Of a stretch of 64,000 nucleotides of DNA, positions 45,384-54,640 are shown piece by piece (the stretch's first letter is position 1; each line of letters starts with the position of its first letter). Made by a program: the position numbers and the translations under genes. Source of the DNA: Syntrophales bacterium (GTDB lineage: Bacteria > Desulfobacterota > Syntrophia > Syntrophales > UBA5619); the NCBI GenBank assembly GCA_030654195.1, contig JAURXV010000008.1, forward strand, positions 93 through 64,092. Direction: 5' to 3'. Below the pieces are notes generated by a model that made no database searches, was not told the DNA's origin, and was given only the letters and a program-made list of their open reading frames with translations.

Positions 45384-46169
45384 TTATTTACTCACAAACC
45401 CCTTCAGCAGGGTGCAGAAGGTATCGATTTTCTCCAGAAAGGCCGCATGACCGGCATCAGGTATACAAACGATCTGTGAGTTGACTATCGCCCGGCTCAT
45501 CTCCAGCATCTGTGAATAGGGCGTAATGATATCTTCCTGGGAGGCTATGAGCAGGGTCTGGTTTTTTATCTGGGAGAGATCCCCTCTCACATCATACATC
45601 TCATTGGAGGATGCCAGCCGGATAAAGCCGTCAAACCACTCTTTGGTAAGAAAATTCTTGAAAAGCTGTCTTCCTTTCGCCAGCCAGTCATAATGACTGT
45701 TGTAAAAGGACCTGGAATAGATCGAGATCAGCGCCAGGTCAAAAAAGGCCTCCCCATCATATAACTGGGCAGCCCTCTTCCACATCTGTCCCATGGAAAG
45801 GAGATAGCGATCCACATGGGCAGAGGTGTTGGCAAGGACCAGCTTTTCTACCAGCTCAGGATATTTCAGCGAGAAAATCAACGCCACCTGGCCGCCGTAG
45901 GAAAGACCGCAGATATTGGCTTTTTTTATGTTGAGATGGTCAAGAAGTCTTTTCAGGTCTTCGGCATGAATGCTGATATGGTAACCCGGCTCCAGCCGGC
46001 CGGATTGGCCCTGGTCCCGCATGTCATATACAATGAGCTGATAGTCGTCCTGCAACCTGCCGACGTGTTCCACCCAGCTCAGGGTATTCATCATGATACC
46101 GTTCAAGAGCACAAGGGACGTTCCCTTGCCGTGTACCTCATAATAGATGCCGGGATCTTGTAAAAACAT
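45384..46169 (-). CDS. alpha/beta-fold hydrolase
   Basis: 261 aa. LVLLNGIMMN, nucleophile elbow CGLSYGG, and C-terminal IPDAGHAAFLE. Confidence 0.85.
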   Translation of the reverse strand: MFLQDPGIYYEVHGKGTSLVLLNGIMMNTLSWVEHVGRLQDDYQLIVYDMRDQGQSGRLEPGYHISIHAEDLKRLLDHLNIKKANICGLSYGGQVALIFSLKYPELVEKLVLANTSAHVDRYLLSMGQMWKRAAQLYDGEAFFDLALISIYSRSFYNSHYDWLAKGRQLFKNFLTKEWFDGFIRLASSNEMYDVRGDLSQIKNQTLLIASQEDIITPYSQMLEMSRAIVNSQIVCIPDAGHAAFLEKIDTFCTLLKGFVSK

Positions 46170-46202
46170 CTTCTACCTCCGGTATAACTACTCAGGTGTT
46201 TA

Positions 46203-46244
46203 GGCTGAAGGCTGAAGTGTCCTACCAGCCTTCAGCCTTCAGCC
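46203..46244. repeat. perfect 15-bp-stem hairpin built from GGCTGAA units
   Basis: GGCTGAAGGCTGAAG (46203-46217) / CTTCAGCCTTCAGCC (46230-46244) with a 12-nt loop. Lies between the KASIII-like gene and the hydrolase gene. A partial copy CTTCAGCCTTCAG is at 49864-49876. Confidence 0.7.
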
Positions 46245-46256
46245 CGTAGCCTTTGC

Positions 46257-47270
46257 TCATGCCGCTCCCCATCGGATCAGCGCCGCGGCATAGGTGAAGC
46301 CGATCCCTCCGGTAACCAACACCACATGAAATCCGTCCTTGATGGCGCCGCATTTAAGGCCCAGGTCCAGAGAAAGTATGACGTCATTGGTGCCGTGGCA
46401 GCCCCAGTTCTCCAGTGCTGCTGATTGATCCGAACTGACGCCTAGCAGGTCGAGCACGGCGGCGCGCTGTAAAGGAGACAGGTGCCGCAGGGCCACATAA
46501 TCGGGTGAAAAGCCGGACAGGGCCCTCACGGCAGTTTCAGACAAGGCCTCGGTCCAGCATCGATCCAGGTAGTTTCTTACCATCTCGGGGTGTTGCACCT
46601 GGTAAAACATGATATCCGAATTTAAATTGTCCTCGGAAAACGGTATTTCCGTTCCGCCACCGGGCACATAGACCTCATTGGACATGTCCCAGTCAACCCT
46701 GAAGGCCGTAGCGATGAGCTGGTTGCGGTTGTGACCGCGTTTCAGCAGCAGAGCGCCACCGGAGGCTGAAGAGGCCAGAAGAAAATGCGTATCCGAATTG
46801 GCATAATCAACAAGGTCCCCGTTGCGGGTGCCTCCGGCCAGAAGTACCGTATTGATGGTCTCATCACCCGCGATGAGATCCCGGGCCACCCTTATCCCTT
46901 GAATAGAGGTAACATTTTGGCCGACCAGATCAAAGGCCCAGGCGCGGGAGCAACCGACCTCCTCCTGCAGGCGGATTGATGGTGTCTGGGCGATATAATC
47001 CTTGTATTCCTCACCGGTCCAGATAACCACATCCACATCTTCGGGACGTACGTCTTCAGTTCCTGCGAAGGCCTGTTTCGCCGCCTTAACCGCCATGGCC
47101 ACCGGCTGGTCATCCTTTGCGGGGCGACACTTGCATTCAATTCCCAGTTTCCGCACTTCCTCGGAGGTAAGCCCCGCCCTGAGAGACATGTCCTCCGCTG
47201 TTTCAACGGTGCCAGGGGTGTACAAACCGTAGCTTACGATCCCTATGTGCATCTGATCTTCTTCCATCAT
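46257..47270 (-). CDS. KASIII (FabH)-like thiolase-fold protein lacking the nucleophile Cys (Asn by my alignment)
   Basis: 337 aa with an ATGA overlap with the upstream ligase gene. AWAFDLVGQNVTSIQGI aligns by eye to FabH AFDLSAACAGF with N in place of C. C-terminal HGTNDVILSL...GGIGFTYAAALIRW. Confidence 0.7.
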   Translation of the reverse strand: MMEEDQMHIGIVSYGLYTPGTVETAEDMSLRAGLTSEEVRKLGIECKCRPAKDDQPVAMAVKAAKQAFAGTEDVRPEDVDVVIWTGEEYKDYIAQTPSIRLQEEVGCSRAWAFDLVGQNVTSIQGIRVARDLIAGDETINTVLLAGGTRNGDLVDYANSDTHFLLASSASGGALLLKRGHNRNQLIATAFRVDWDMSNEVYVPGGGTEIPFSEDNLNSDIMFYQVQHPEMVRNYLDRCWTEALSETAVRALSGFSPDYVALRHLSPLQRAAVLDLLGVSSDQSAALENWGCHGTNDVILSLDLGLKCGAIKDGFHVVLVTGGIGFTYAAALIRWGAA

Positions 47271-48790
47271 CCGTTTTCCGGGGAGCCGTGCTTTTTCTTG
47301 AGAATAAACTTCTGAATCTTCTCAGAAGCCGGTGTGCGTGGCATCTTGTCAACAACGGCCATATATTTGGGCATTTTGAATTTTCCCAGGCGATCTTGTA
47401 AAAACATCACCAGTTCATCCAGGGCCAGAGAAGCGCCGGGAACGAGTTCCACGATGGCTTTTCCCACCTCGCCCCATTTCGGATCAGGTACGCCGATGAC
47501 GGCCGAGGCCGCTACTGCCGGGTGGGTATCAATGGCCCGTTCGATTTCTGCGGGATATATGTTGGCGCCTCCCGAGATAATCATATCCTTAAGACGACCC
47601 ACAATGGAGAGGTGGCCGTCACAATCCAGCTTGCCGAGATCGCCCGTATGAAACCAGCCATCTACAATCGTTTCAGCGGTAGCCTGGGGATTATTCAGGT
47701 AACCTCCACAAACATGGGGGCCTTTCAGCAATATCTCTCCCTCCCCACCCACCGGTATTTCATGACCGTTCACACCCAGCAGTTTTAAATCCACATGAGG
47801 CATTGTATGGCCGACGGTTCCCAGCTTGCCGTTTGCCATAAAGCAGTTCGGTCCCACCTCGGTTAGACCATACCCTTCCCAGATGCGGGCAGACTTTTCT
47901 TCCTTGTATTTCTCATATACAGACCGCTCCAGAGCGGCGCCTCCCGAAACTAAAAACCGCACCCGGGAAAAATCGGTGGCAGCGAACTTGGGCGACAGGG
48001 CAAGCATCTGAAACATAGTGGGCACGCCGAAAAAGACCGTCACCCCCTCCGCGGCGATCAAGTCCAGGATAAGGTCCGGATCAAAGCGTCGAACCAGAAT
48101 ATTTACACCTCGGCTGTAGAAAATAGGAAGCGTTAAAACATTCCAACCGGCCGTATAAAACATGGCAGAGTGCAGGATGGTCCTGTCATCGGGACCCAGG
48201 TTCCATCCCAGAGTGCTGTTGATGGCGTTCCAGGTCAACATGCCGTGCGTCAATAACACGCCTTTCGGCATCCCGGTCGTACCCGAGGTGTAGATGATCA
48301 ACTGCGTATCACCGGCATTGATCTCTATCTCCGGTGGAGAGTCAGGAGAAAGTGACTGCCATATATCGGGCAGGGACAGCCCCACGGAATCATCATGATC
48401 AAAACAAACATAGTGGGGTAGGCGGAATTCCGTCTTCAGCGCATCCACTACGTTTTGGTGTTCCCGGTCAAAGAAGAAGGCCTTAGGAGCGGAATCCTTG
48501 AGCATATAGATATACTCGCCGGTGGCCAGTCGGAAGTTCAAGGGAACCATGATCGCTCCCAAGCGGCTCAGCGCCATAAACAGCCAAATATACTCTATGC
48601 GGTTAAAGGCGAGGCATGCGACCCGGTCACCTTTTACAATCCCCAAATCCCGGTGCAGAAACTCGGCCATCCGGTTCATGTCGCAAGCGAGTTGCCCATA
48701 AGTGTAACGCCTGCCTTCAATGGCATCCACCAAAGCTTCTTTGTCCGGATACCCACGTGCCCAGCGGCCAATCCAGTCCCCATAGATCAT
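47267..48790 (-). CDS. AMP-dependent acyl-CoA synthetase/ligase
   Basis: 507 aa. IYTSGTTGMPKGV, GYGLTE, TGDLG...DMIISGGANIYPAEIE. Confidence 0.9.
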   Translation of the reverse strand: MIYGDWIGRWARGYPDKEALVDAIEGRRYTYGQLACDMNRMAEFLHRDLGIVKGDRVACLAFNRIEYIWLFMALSRLGAIMVPLNFRLATGEYIYMLKDSAPKAFFFDREHQNVVDALKTEFRLPHYVCFDHDDSVGLSLPDIWQSLSPDSPPEIEINAGDTQLIIYTSGTTGMPKGVLLTHGMLTWNAINSTLGWNLGPDDRTILHSAMFYTAGWNVLTLPIFYSRGVNILVRRFDPDLILDLIAAEGVTVFFGVPTMFQMLALSPKFAATDFSRVRFLVSGGAALERSVYEKYKEEKSARIWEGYGLTEVGPNCFMANGKLGTVGHTMPHVDLKLLGVNGHEIPVGGEGEILLKGPHVCGGYLNNPQATAETIVDGWFHTGDLGKLDCDGHLSIVGRLKDMIISGGANIYPAEIERAIDTHPAVAASAVIGVPDPKWGEVGKAIVELVPGASLALDELVMFLQDRLGKFKMPKYMAVVDKMPRTPASEKIQKFILKKKHGSPENG

Positions 48791-49845
48791 GCTTCCCTTT
48801 TCCTCCCCTCAGCATGCCCCCAGCGAACCAATACGGCATTCCATGAATAGCCGATGCCTGCCGAGATCATGAGCACCAGGTCGCCATCTTTGAGCCGGCC
48901 TTCTTCTACGGCCAGTTCCAGGGAAAGTATCTGGTCGTTCTGGCCGTGGTGACCGAACTCTTCCAGATATCGGCTCTGTTGTTGTCGAAGCCCCAGCTCT
49001 TTCATCAGATAGTTATGGGCGCTTCTCTTCACCAGCAGCGTTGCCAGATAGTCGACATCTGCCCGGGTATAACCGCATTTGGCGAGGGCCTTGTCGATGC
49101 AGATCAGCCAGTTGGTCAGACTAAGCCTTTCAAGCCGCTCTTTCATGCCTTCCGGATCCATGACATCCAGGTACTGCCTCCCCTCCTTCAGACCGGATAA
49201 GGTCATGGGTTCGGCTGAGCCTCCCTGGGGAACATAGACATCCCAGGCGAATGAGCCGTCGCTCATAAAATGGCTTCCCAATATCTCGTTGCGAGGGCAG
49301 TCCCTCTGAACCACGCAGGCAGCTCCGCCGGCAGCCAAATAGTACATCCAGCGCACCCGCGGGTTGGGATAATGGATATAATCAGAATTCCGGTAGCCCG
49401 ATACGATCAGGGTGTTGTTCAATTCCGTATTTGCCCGGATCATGTCCCTGGCCAATTTTATCGCCACCAGTGTGGTGCCGCACCGTTGCTGCATATCGAA
49501 GGACCATGCCTTCGTCAACCCCAGTTCCTTCTGGATCTTTGGGCCCACCGGCCAGTTGCGGTATTCCTTGATCTCTTCTCCACTGTAAATGACCAGGTCG
49601 ATCTGCCTGGGTTCCAATTCTGAATACAAGAGCGCCTTTCTGGCCGCCTTTAGCGCCATGGCCACTGTCCCGTCACCCGGACCCGGCACATTCTTCTGGC
49701 GCCATCCCAGCTTATTCCGAATAATTTCCGCCGGCGTATCACACTGAGACGCGATGAAGTCAGCGTCATGATAGGACCGCGTCACGTAGGCGGCAAAGCT
49801 CCGGATGCCGGCGGTGGGATTCGTCTTATTCCGTTCCATTATCAT
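48787..49845 (-). CDS. KASIII (FabH)-like thiolase-fold protein, nucleophile Cys retained
   Basis: 352 aa with an ATGA overlap with the ligase start. AWSFDMQQRCGTTLVAIKLA (Cys at the FabH position). C-terminal GHHGQNDQILSL...AGIGYSWNAVLVRW. Confidence 0.7.
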   Translation of the reverse strand: MIMERNKTNPTAGIRSFAAYVTRSYHDADFIASQCDTPAEIIRNKLGWRQKNVPGPGDGTVAMALKAARKALLYSELEPRQIDLVIYSGEEIKEYRNWPVGPKIQKELGLTKAWSFDMQQRCGTTLVAIKLARDMIRANTELNNTLIVSGYRNSDYIHYPNPRVRWMYYLAAGGAACVVQRDCPRNEILGSHFMSDGSFAWDVYVPQGGSAEPMTLSGLKEGRQYLDVMDPEGMKERLERLSLTNWLICIDKALAKCGYTRADVDYLATLLVKRSAHNYLMKELGLRQQQSRYLEEFGHHGQNDQILSLELAVEEGRLKDGDLVLMISAGIGYSWNAVLVRWGHAEGRKREA

Positions 49846-49902
49846 AATAAGGGCTTAGAAAATCTTCAGCCTTCAGTCTATCTGCCTCCGGTAGTTACGA
49901 AA

Positions 49903-50604
49903 TCAGATTCCCAAGTAGGATTTTCTAATGTGATCATTGCCCGCCAGATTGGCGGCTGTATCGGCCATGGCTATTCGGCCGTTTTCTAAAATATAGCCTC
50001 TGTCAATAGCTTTAAGGCACTGGCGGACATTTTGTTCCGTTACCAGAATGGAAACGTCGTTTTTAATCTCTTTTAACCGGTGAAATACTTCCGTTACAAT
50101 GGACGGCTGCAGGCCTCCCGAAGGCTCATCAAGAATTAAGACCTTGGGATCGGCCATTAATGCTCTTCCTATAGCCACCATCCTCTGTTGACCGCCACTC
50201 ATACTTCCAGCGGGTTGATCCAGTCTTTCTTTTAAAATTGGAAACATTGTTAATACATATTCTAATCTTTCCTTATATTTCTTCCTTGCTCTCGGTATAT
50301 AGGCGTTACCGGTACGCAAATTTTCTGCTACGGTCATAAAAGGAAATAATTCTCTGTCTTGCGGGACGATGGAAATCCCTTGCTTGATTATATGATCCGT
50401 TTCCATCGCAAGGAGTGATTCGCCTTCCAAAATGATTTCACCAGTAGCCGGTTTGACGAGTCCGAGAATAGCATGAATGAGTGTAGTTTTGCCTGCGCCG
50501 TTCGGCCCGAATATACCCACTGATTCATTTCCAACCTGCATTGATAAATCCCAAAGTATCTGCAATTTGCCGTAAAATACATTTAATTTTTTTACTTCTA
50601 ACAT
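49903..50604 (-). CDS. livF: branched-chain amino acid-type ABC transporter ATPase (LivF family)
   Basis: 233 aa. GPNGAGKTT Walker A, LSGGQQ signature, ILDEPS Walker B. Confidence 0.85.
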   Translation of the reverse strand: MLEVKKLNVFYGKLQILWDLSMQVGNESVGIFGPNGAGKTTLIHAILGLVKPATGEIILEGESLLAMETDHIIKQGISIVPQDRELFPFMTVAENLRTGNAYIPRARKKYKERLEYVLTMFPILKERLDQPAGSMSGGQQRMVAIGRALMADPKVLILDEPSGGLQPSIVTEVFHRLKEIKNDVSILVTEQNVRQCLKAIDRGYILENGRIAMADTAANLAGNDHIRKSYLGI

Positions 50605-51320
50605 TCTGCTTCCTCACCAAGATATGCGGTAATAACTCGCGGATTACAAGACACTTTATCATAAGTACCCTCGCACAATACTTTGCCCCATTCCAAAACA
50701 ATAACACGATGAGTAAGTTCCCTTATAACTCTCATTACGTGTTCAATAATTACAATTGTCATTCCCTGAGAATGAATCTTGCGAACAGTATCAATCATGT
50801 CCATAGTTTCATCCTTGTTGAGACCTGCCATAACTTCATCAAGAAAAAGCAATTTGGGTTCTGTTGCCAAAGCACGTGCAATTTCCATTTTTTTAATCTC
50901 CAGCGCAGTCATTGCCGAAACTGGACGCTCTATATTTTTAAGATCCAGAAATCTGCAAAACTCCATCGATTCTCTGCGGGCATCTTTCATAGGATGATTC
51001 TTGCCGAACATTGCCCCAAGCATAACATTTTCAATCAAGTTTAAACCCACCAGAGGACGCGTAAGCTGGAATGTCCGGCTAATACCGGCATGGCATTTTT
51101 CGTGAGCTGCATTGAGTGTTATATCCTGGCCGCAAAACTCAATCTTCCCGGATGTCGGTAAATATACTCCTGCGATAACATTTGTAAAAGTTGATTTACC
51201 CGCACCGTTTGGCCCGATAATGCCCACAATTTCATTTTCCATTACTTCGACACTAACATCGCTCAGTGCCACCAATCCGCCGAATTGCCTGGACACTCTG
51301 GTTGTTTTTAATATTGCCAT
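50598..51320 (-). CDS. livG: branched-chain amino acid-type ABC transporter ATPase (LivG family)
   Basis: 240 aa. FGGLVALSDVS, GPNGAGKST, LFLDEVMAGL. Confidence 0.85.
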   Translation of the reverse strand: MAILKTTRVSRQFGGLVALSDVSVEVMENEIVGIIGPNGAGKSTFTNVIAGVYLPTSGKIEFCGQDITLNAAHEKCHAGISRTFQLTRPLVGLNLIENVMLGAMFGKNHPMKDARRESMEFCRFLDLKNIERPVSAMTALEIKKMEIARALATEPKLLFLDEVMAGLNKDETMDMIDTVRKIHSQGMTIVIIEHVMRVIRELTHRVIVLEWGKVLCEGTYDKVSCNPRVITAYLGEEAEC

Positions 51321-51341
51321 GGAATCATCCTTGCTTCACAA

Positions 51342-52262
51342 TTAAGTATTAAATTTTGCCGTAAATTGTTTAAATACACCCATGATTCCACTGGGAAACC
51401 ACAAGATTGCAGCAACCATAATAAAGCCATAAACCAGTAAATGACCATGTGGAAACTGCAATTTCAAATATTCGGCAGTTACGCTTAATATTGCAGAACC
51501 TATAACCGGCCCCCAGGTTGTACCTACGCCGCCAAAAAGCGCCATGGTAATCGGTAAAAGAGCAAAGCCTAAATTAAATGCTCCTTCGGGAGTTACAGAT
51601 GCATATATCTGCCAGTAAGCTGCACCTGCCATGCCTTGTATTGCCGAGGTAACCACAAAAATAATAACGAGATATTTAAAAATATTTACGCCGCTGGAAG
51701 CCGCAACAATTTCATCGTTGGAGATCGATGTTAACGCGTAGTAAATTCTAGTTTTTTGGAATAGAATAGAAATAATAATTGTAAAGGTTGCTATGGCGAA
51801 CATTAGCCAATAAGTTTTGGTAGCATTGCCCATAAAAATTGCATTAGGAAGTAGTATTCCTTCGGCCGCACCAGTGACTTCAAGATTTCTAACAATTACA
51901 CGAAAAATTTCACCAATAGCCAATGTTACAATTGAGAAATACAAACCTCTTAATTTTAATACCTGAGATCCCACAAATAATGCAACGATCCCGGCAACAG
52001 CTGACCCTATGAGAATACATAAAATCGGGCTTAATGCAAAGTTATACCCGCACAATACGGATGTATAGCCGCCGATACCGGCAAATCCGGCTATGCCAAA
52101 CGATAATTGACCCGATCTCAGCAGCATATCCCAGCTCAGCGCAAACGCAATGTATACAAAGACGAAATTCATAATTTGTAATTGATACAATCCCAAATAG
52201 TTGGGCAGAGCAGCCGCTACAATGAATAGTACTAATACAGCTAAATATTTCGAGTACTTCAT
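51342..52262 (-). CDS. livM: ABC transporter permease (LivM family)
   Basis: Frame of ORF 51342..52334. ATG 52262 (MKYSKYLAVLVLF) gives an ATGA overlap with the livH stop. Polytopic membrane protein. Confidence 0.8.
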   Translation of the reverse strand: MKYSKYLAVLVLFIVAAALPNYLGLYQLQIMNFVFVYIAFALSWDMLLRSGQLSFGIAGFAGIGGYTSVLCGYNFALSPILCILIGSAVAGIVALFVGSQVLKLRGLYFSIVTLAIGEIFRVIVRNLEVTGAAEGILLPNAIFMGNATKTYWLMFAIATFTIIISILFQKTRIYYALTSISNDEIVAASSGVNIFKYLVIIFVVTSAIQGMAGAAYWQIYASVTPEGAFNLGFALLPITMALFGGVGTTWGPVIGSAILSVTAEYLKLQFPHGHLLVYGFIMVAAILWFPSGIMGVFKQFTAKFNT

Positions 52263-53203
52263 TTTACCTGCCTTTGATGTGATCTGTACATTATAACGCC
52301 AATAATCAGAGCAAAATAAATAATCTCCGCCCATTTGCCATATTTTAACGAGGAAAGAACCAGAGTTTCACCCATACCTAAAATTAGCGCCGCATAAACG
52401 ACGCCGGTTATTGAACCCATGCCACCCACTGCAACCAGAGAAAAAGATTTAAGAGTAAAAGAAGAGCCCATTTGAGGGAACAATGTATATCTGGTCATAA
52501 ACAAAGGGCCGATTGCGCTGATTAATGCAATAGAAACACAAAAAATCAGCAAATAAATATTATTTACATTAATACCGACAACTCTTGCCCCGCGGGGATT
52601 CTGGCCAACGGCGACAGCTGCCTGCCCGGTTGCCGTCTTTTTCAAAAGCAATTGCATGCCAAGTAAAACGATCAAAGCCCCGGCAACATATACGAATTCG
52701 AAAGTTCCAAAGGTAACGCCTCCAATCGACGCGGAGGAGGAAACATAATCCAAACTGAGCTTACGGGGAGCGTTGGTCGCGATAGCGGTCATTCCTTCGG
52801 ACAGGATCAGGCTGATCCCGAATCCCAAAAGAAGCTGGTTTAATGGCGGCTTGCCGATAATATGCTTGAAAGTCAAATAATAGACAATCAAACCGAAGAT
52901 GAAGAAGATCAGCAGCGCCGGTAGCACCGATACAATAGGATCCATTCCGAATTGCGCAGACATAAAATAAGCAAAATATGCTCCCACCATCATGAACTCG
53001 CCATGGGCCAGATTGATGATATCCACTATACCTAAAAGTAAAGCCATGGGTAGGGCAATTAATGCATATAATGCCGACCGCTGCAGACCTTCAACGAGGA
53101 CCGCCGGCTTGTAAATACCAATAAGGATGATGGCCGCCAGAATAAGAATGAAGCCGAAAAGAAAATTTCTCTGTTTAAACTGATTTACGATTGAATTTAT
53201 CAT
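52259..53203 (-). CDS. livH: ABC transporter permease (LivH family)
   Basis: 314 aa polytopic membrane protein. INLAHGEFMMVGAY motif. Confidence 0.85.
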   Translation of the reverse strand: MINSIVNQFKQRNFLFGFILILAAIILIGIYKPAVLVEGLQRSALYALIALPMALLLGIVDIINLAHGEFMMVGAYFAYFMSAQFGMDPIVSVLPALLIFFIFGLIVYYLTFKHIIGKPPLNQLLLGFGISLILSEGMTAIATNAPRKLSLDYVSSSASIGGVTFGTFEFVYVAGALIVLLGMQLLLKKTATGQAAVAVGQNPRGARVVGINVNNIYLLIFCVSIALISAIGPLFMTRYTLFPQMGSSFTLKSFSLVAVGGMGSITGVVYAALILGMGETLVLSSLKYGKWAEIIYFALIIGVIMYRSHQRQVK

Positions 53204-53274
53204 GACAATTTAATCCCAACTTAAATATAGGTTCCTTGCGGGTAATACCGCAAGGAACCTATATTTTAATCTGC

Positions 53275-54537
53275 TTATTTCTTTTCACCTTTAGCTTTTT
53301 TGGCCGGAACAGCGGCCTTGTCGCGCTTATCCCATGCGGGGAAAGGATAAATCAGCTTCGCCGTTGCAACTTCCCAAGGCCAAACAACTTGCGCTTTTCC
53401 ATTTTGCCACTGCATAATCTTGGGCGATGCAAAAGCCTGGTGATCTATGATTTTGCTCTTTTTAAAGACAAATGTATCTCCCATCGGGGATGCATAACTT
53501 GTTGCTTCCAAGGCCTTAATCAAGGCGGCGTTATCCAACGTGCCCGCTCTTTTGATAGCTTCAGCGACAATCATAATGTTGGTATAGGCAAGAGGCCCAA
53601 AATAAGTTACAGGGTCATCTTTAAACTCTTTACGGAAGGCATCAGAATACATCTTGCTGTTCTTGTTTTTAACTCCCTGTGCTTCCGACCAATAGCTGTA
53701 AAACATAACCGCTTGATTGAGGGGAGTATTTTTGAAATCTACTGGCCAGCCCGGAGGGGAACCTACGAAAAGACCAGGAGCAAAGCCGATTTCTTTGGCT
53801 TGTTCCATAATGGGCAAGGCATCTTTATCATAACCAGTCCAGATGAATGACTCTGCACCGAATTCTTTGGCATGTCTTAATACGGAGCGATAATCGCCCC
53901 CGCCCAATGCGGCGCTTTTGAAAGCTTCGCCCTGCAGTTCATTGCCTGCTGCTTCATAAATTGGCTTGCCTGCCTTAAAGGAACCGGACCCGAAAGCACC
54001 TTCTTCATAAGCCATGAAGGTTTTCTTTCTCTTGATGCCGTATTTCTGTTCCATTTCCAGATATCCTGTTTCCCATAGTGCACCTTGCTGATAATCCCAG
54101 GCATGGAGATGGAAGAACCAATCCTGACCTGCCATGGCTTCTTCGATCTTTCCGGAAGCTCCTCCGATCCAGACTACGACCTTACCGTACTTTTTCATGC
54201 CGGGAATCGCACCCATTGTTGCGCCGCTGCCAACGCCGCCGACAATGATGTCAACATTGTCCACGGTAACCAGTTTATCCAGCGCTGCCGCCGCCTTATC
54301 GCCTTTCATTTCGTCATCCATCATTATCAGTTTTACCTGACGTCCCAGCAAACCGCCTTTTTCGTTGATCTGCTTTACGGCAAGCTCCATTGATCTTGAT
54401 CCATCTTTACCTGTGGAATCAGCCAAAGGTAAAATAGCACCCATTTTGATGGGCTCTGCCGCAAGTGCGCCCGTGGTCAACGCGCCCCATATCAAGGAAA
54501 CTGCTACCATAACTCTCACTATTTTTCTTACATTCAT
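53275..54537 (-). CDS. periplasmic substrate-binding protein, LivK/type-I PBP family
   Basis: 420 aa with a signal peptide (ALTTGALAAEP). IKMGAILPLADSTGKDG and VDIIVGGVGSGATMG. Confidence 0.85.
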   Translation of the reverse strand: MNVRKIVRVMVAVSLIWGALTTGALAAEPIKMGAILPLADSTGKDGSRSMELAVKQINEKGGLLGRQVKLIMMDDEMKGDKAAAALDKLVTVDNVDIIVGGVGSGATMGAIPGMKKYGKVVVWIGGASGKIEEAMAGQDWFFHLHAWDYQQGALWETGYLEMEQKYGIKRKKTFMAYEEGAFGSGSFKAGKPIYEAAGNELQGEAFKSAALGGGDYRSVLRHAKEFGAESFIWTGYDKDALPIMEQAKEIGFAPGLFVGSPPGWPVDFKNTPLNQAVMFYSYWSEAQGVKNKNSKMYSDAFRKEFKDDPVTYFGPLAYTNIMIVAEAIKRAGTLDNAALIKALEATSYASPMGDTFVFKKSKIIDHQAFASPKIMQWQNGKAQVVWPWEVATAKLIYPFPAWDKRDKAAVPAKKAKGEKK

Positions 54538-54640
54538 TGTCCGCTCCTCCTTCTTCCTTTCTTATTTCGGTTCATTATGATCACCCTTTGACGCTCCATT
54601 GCCCGAAGCAATGGTACGGGAAACAGAATCCGAGGCACAC

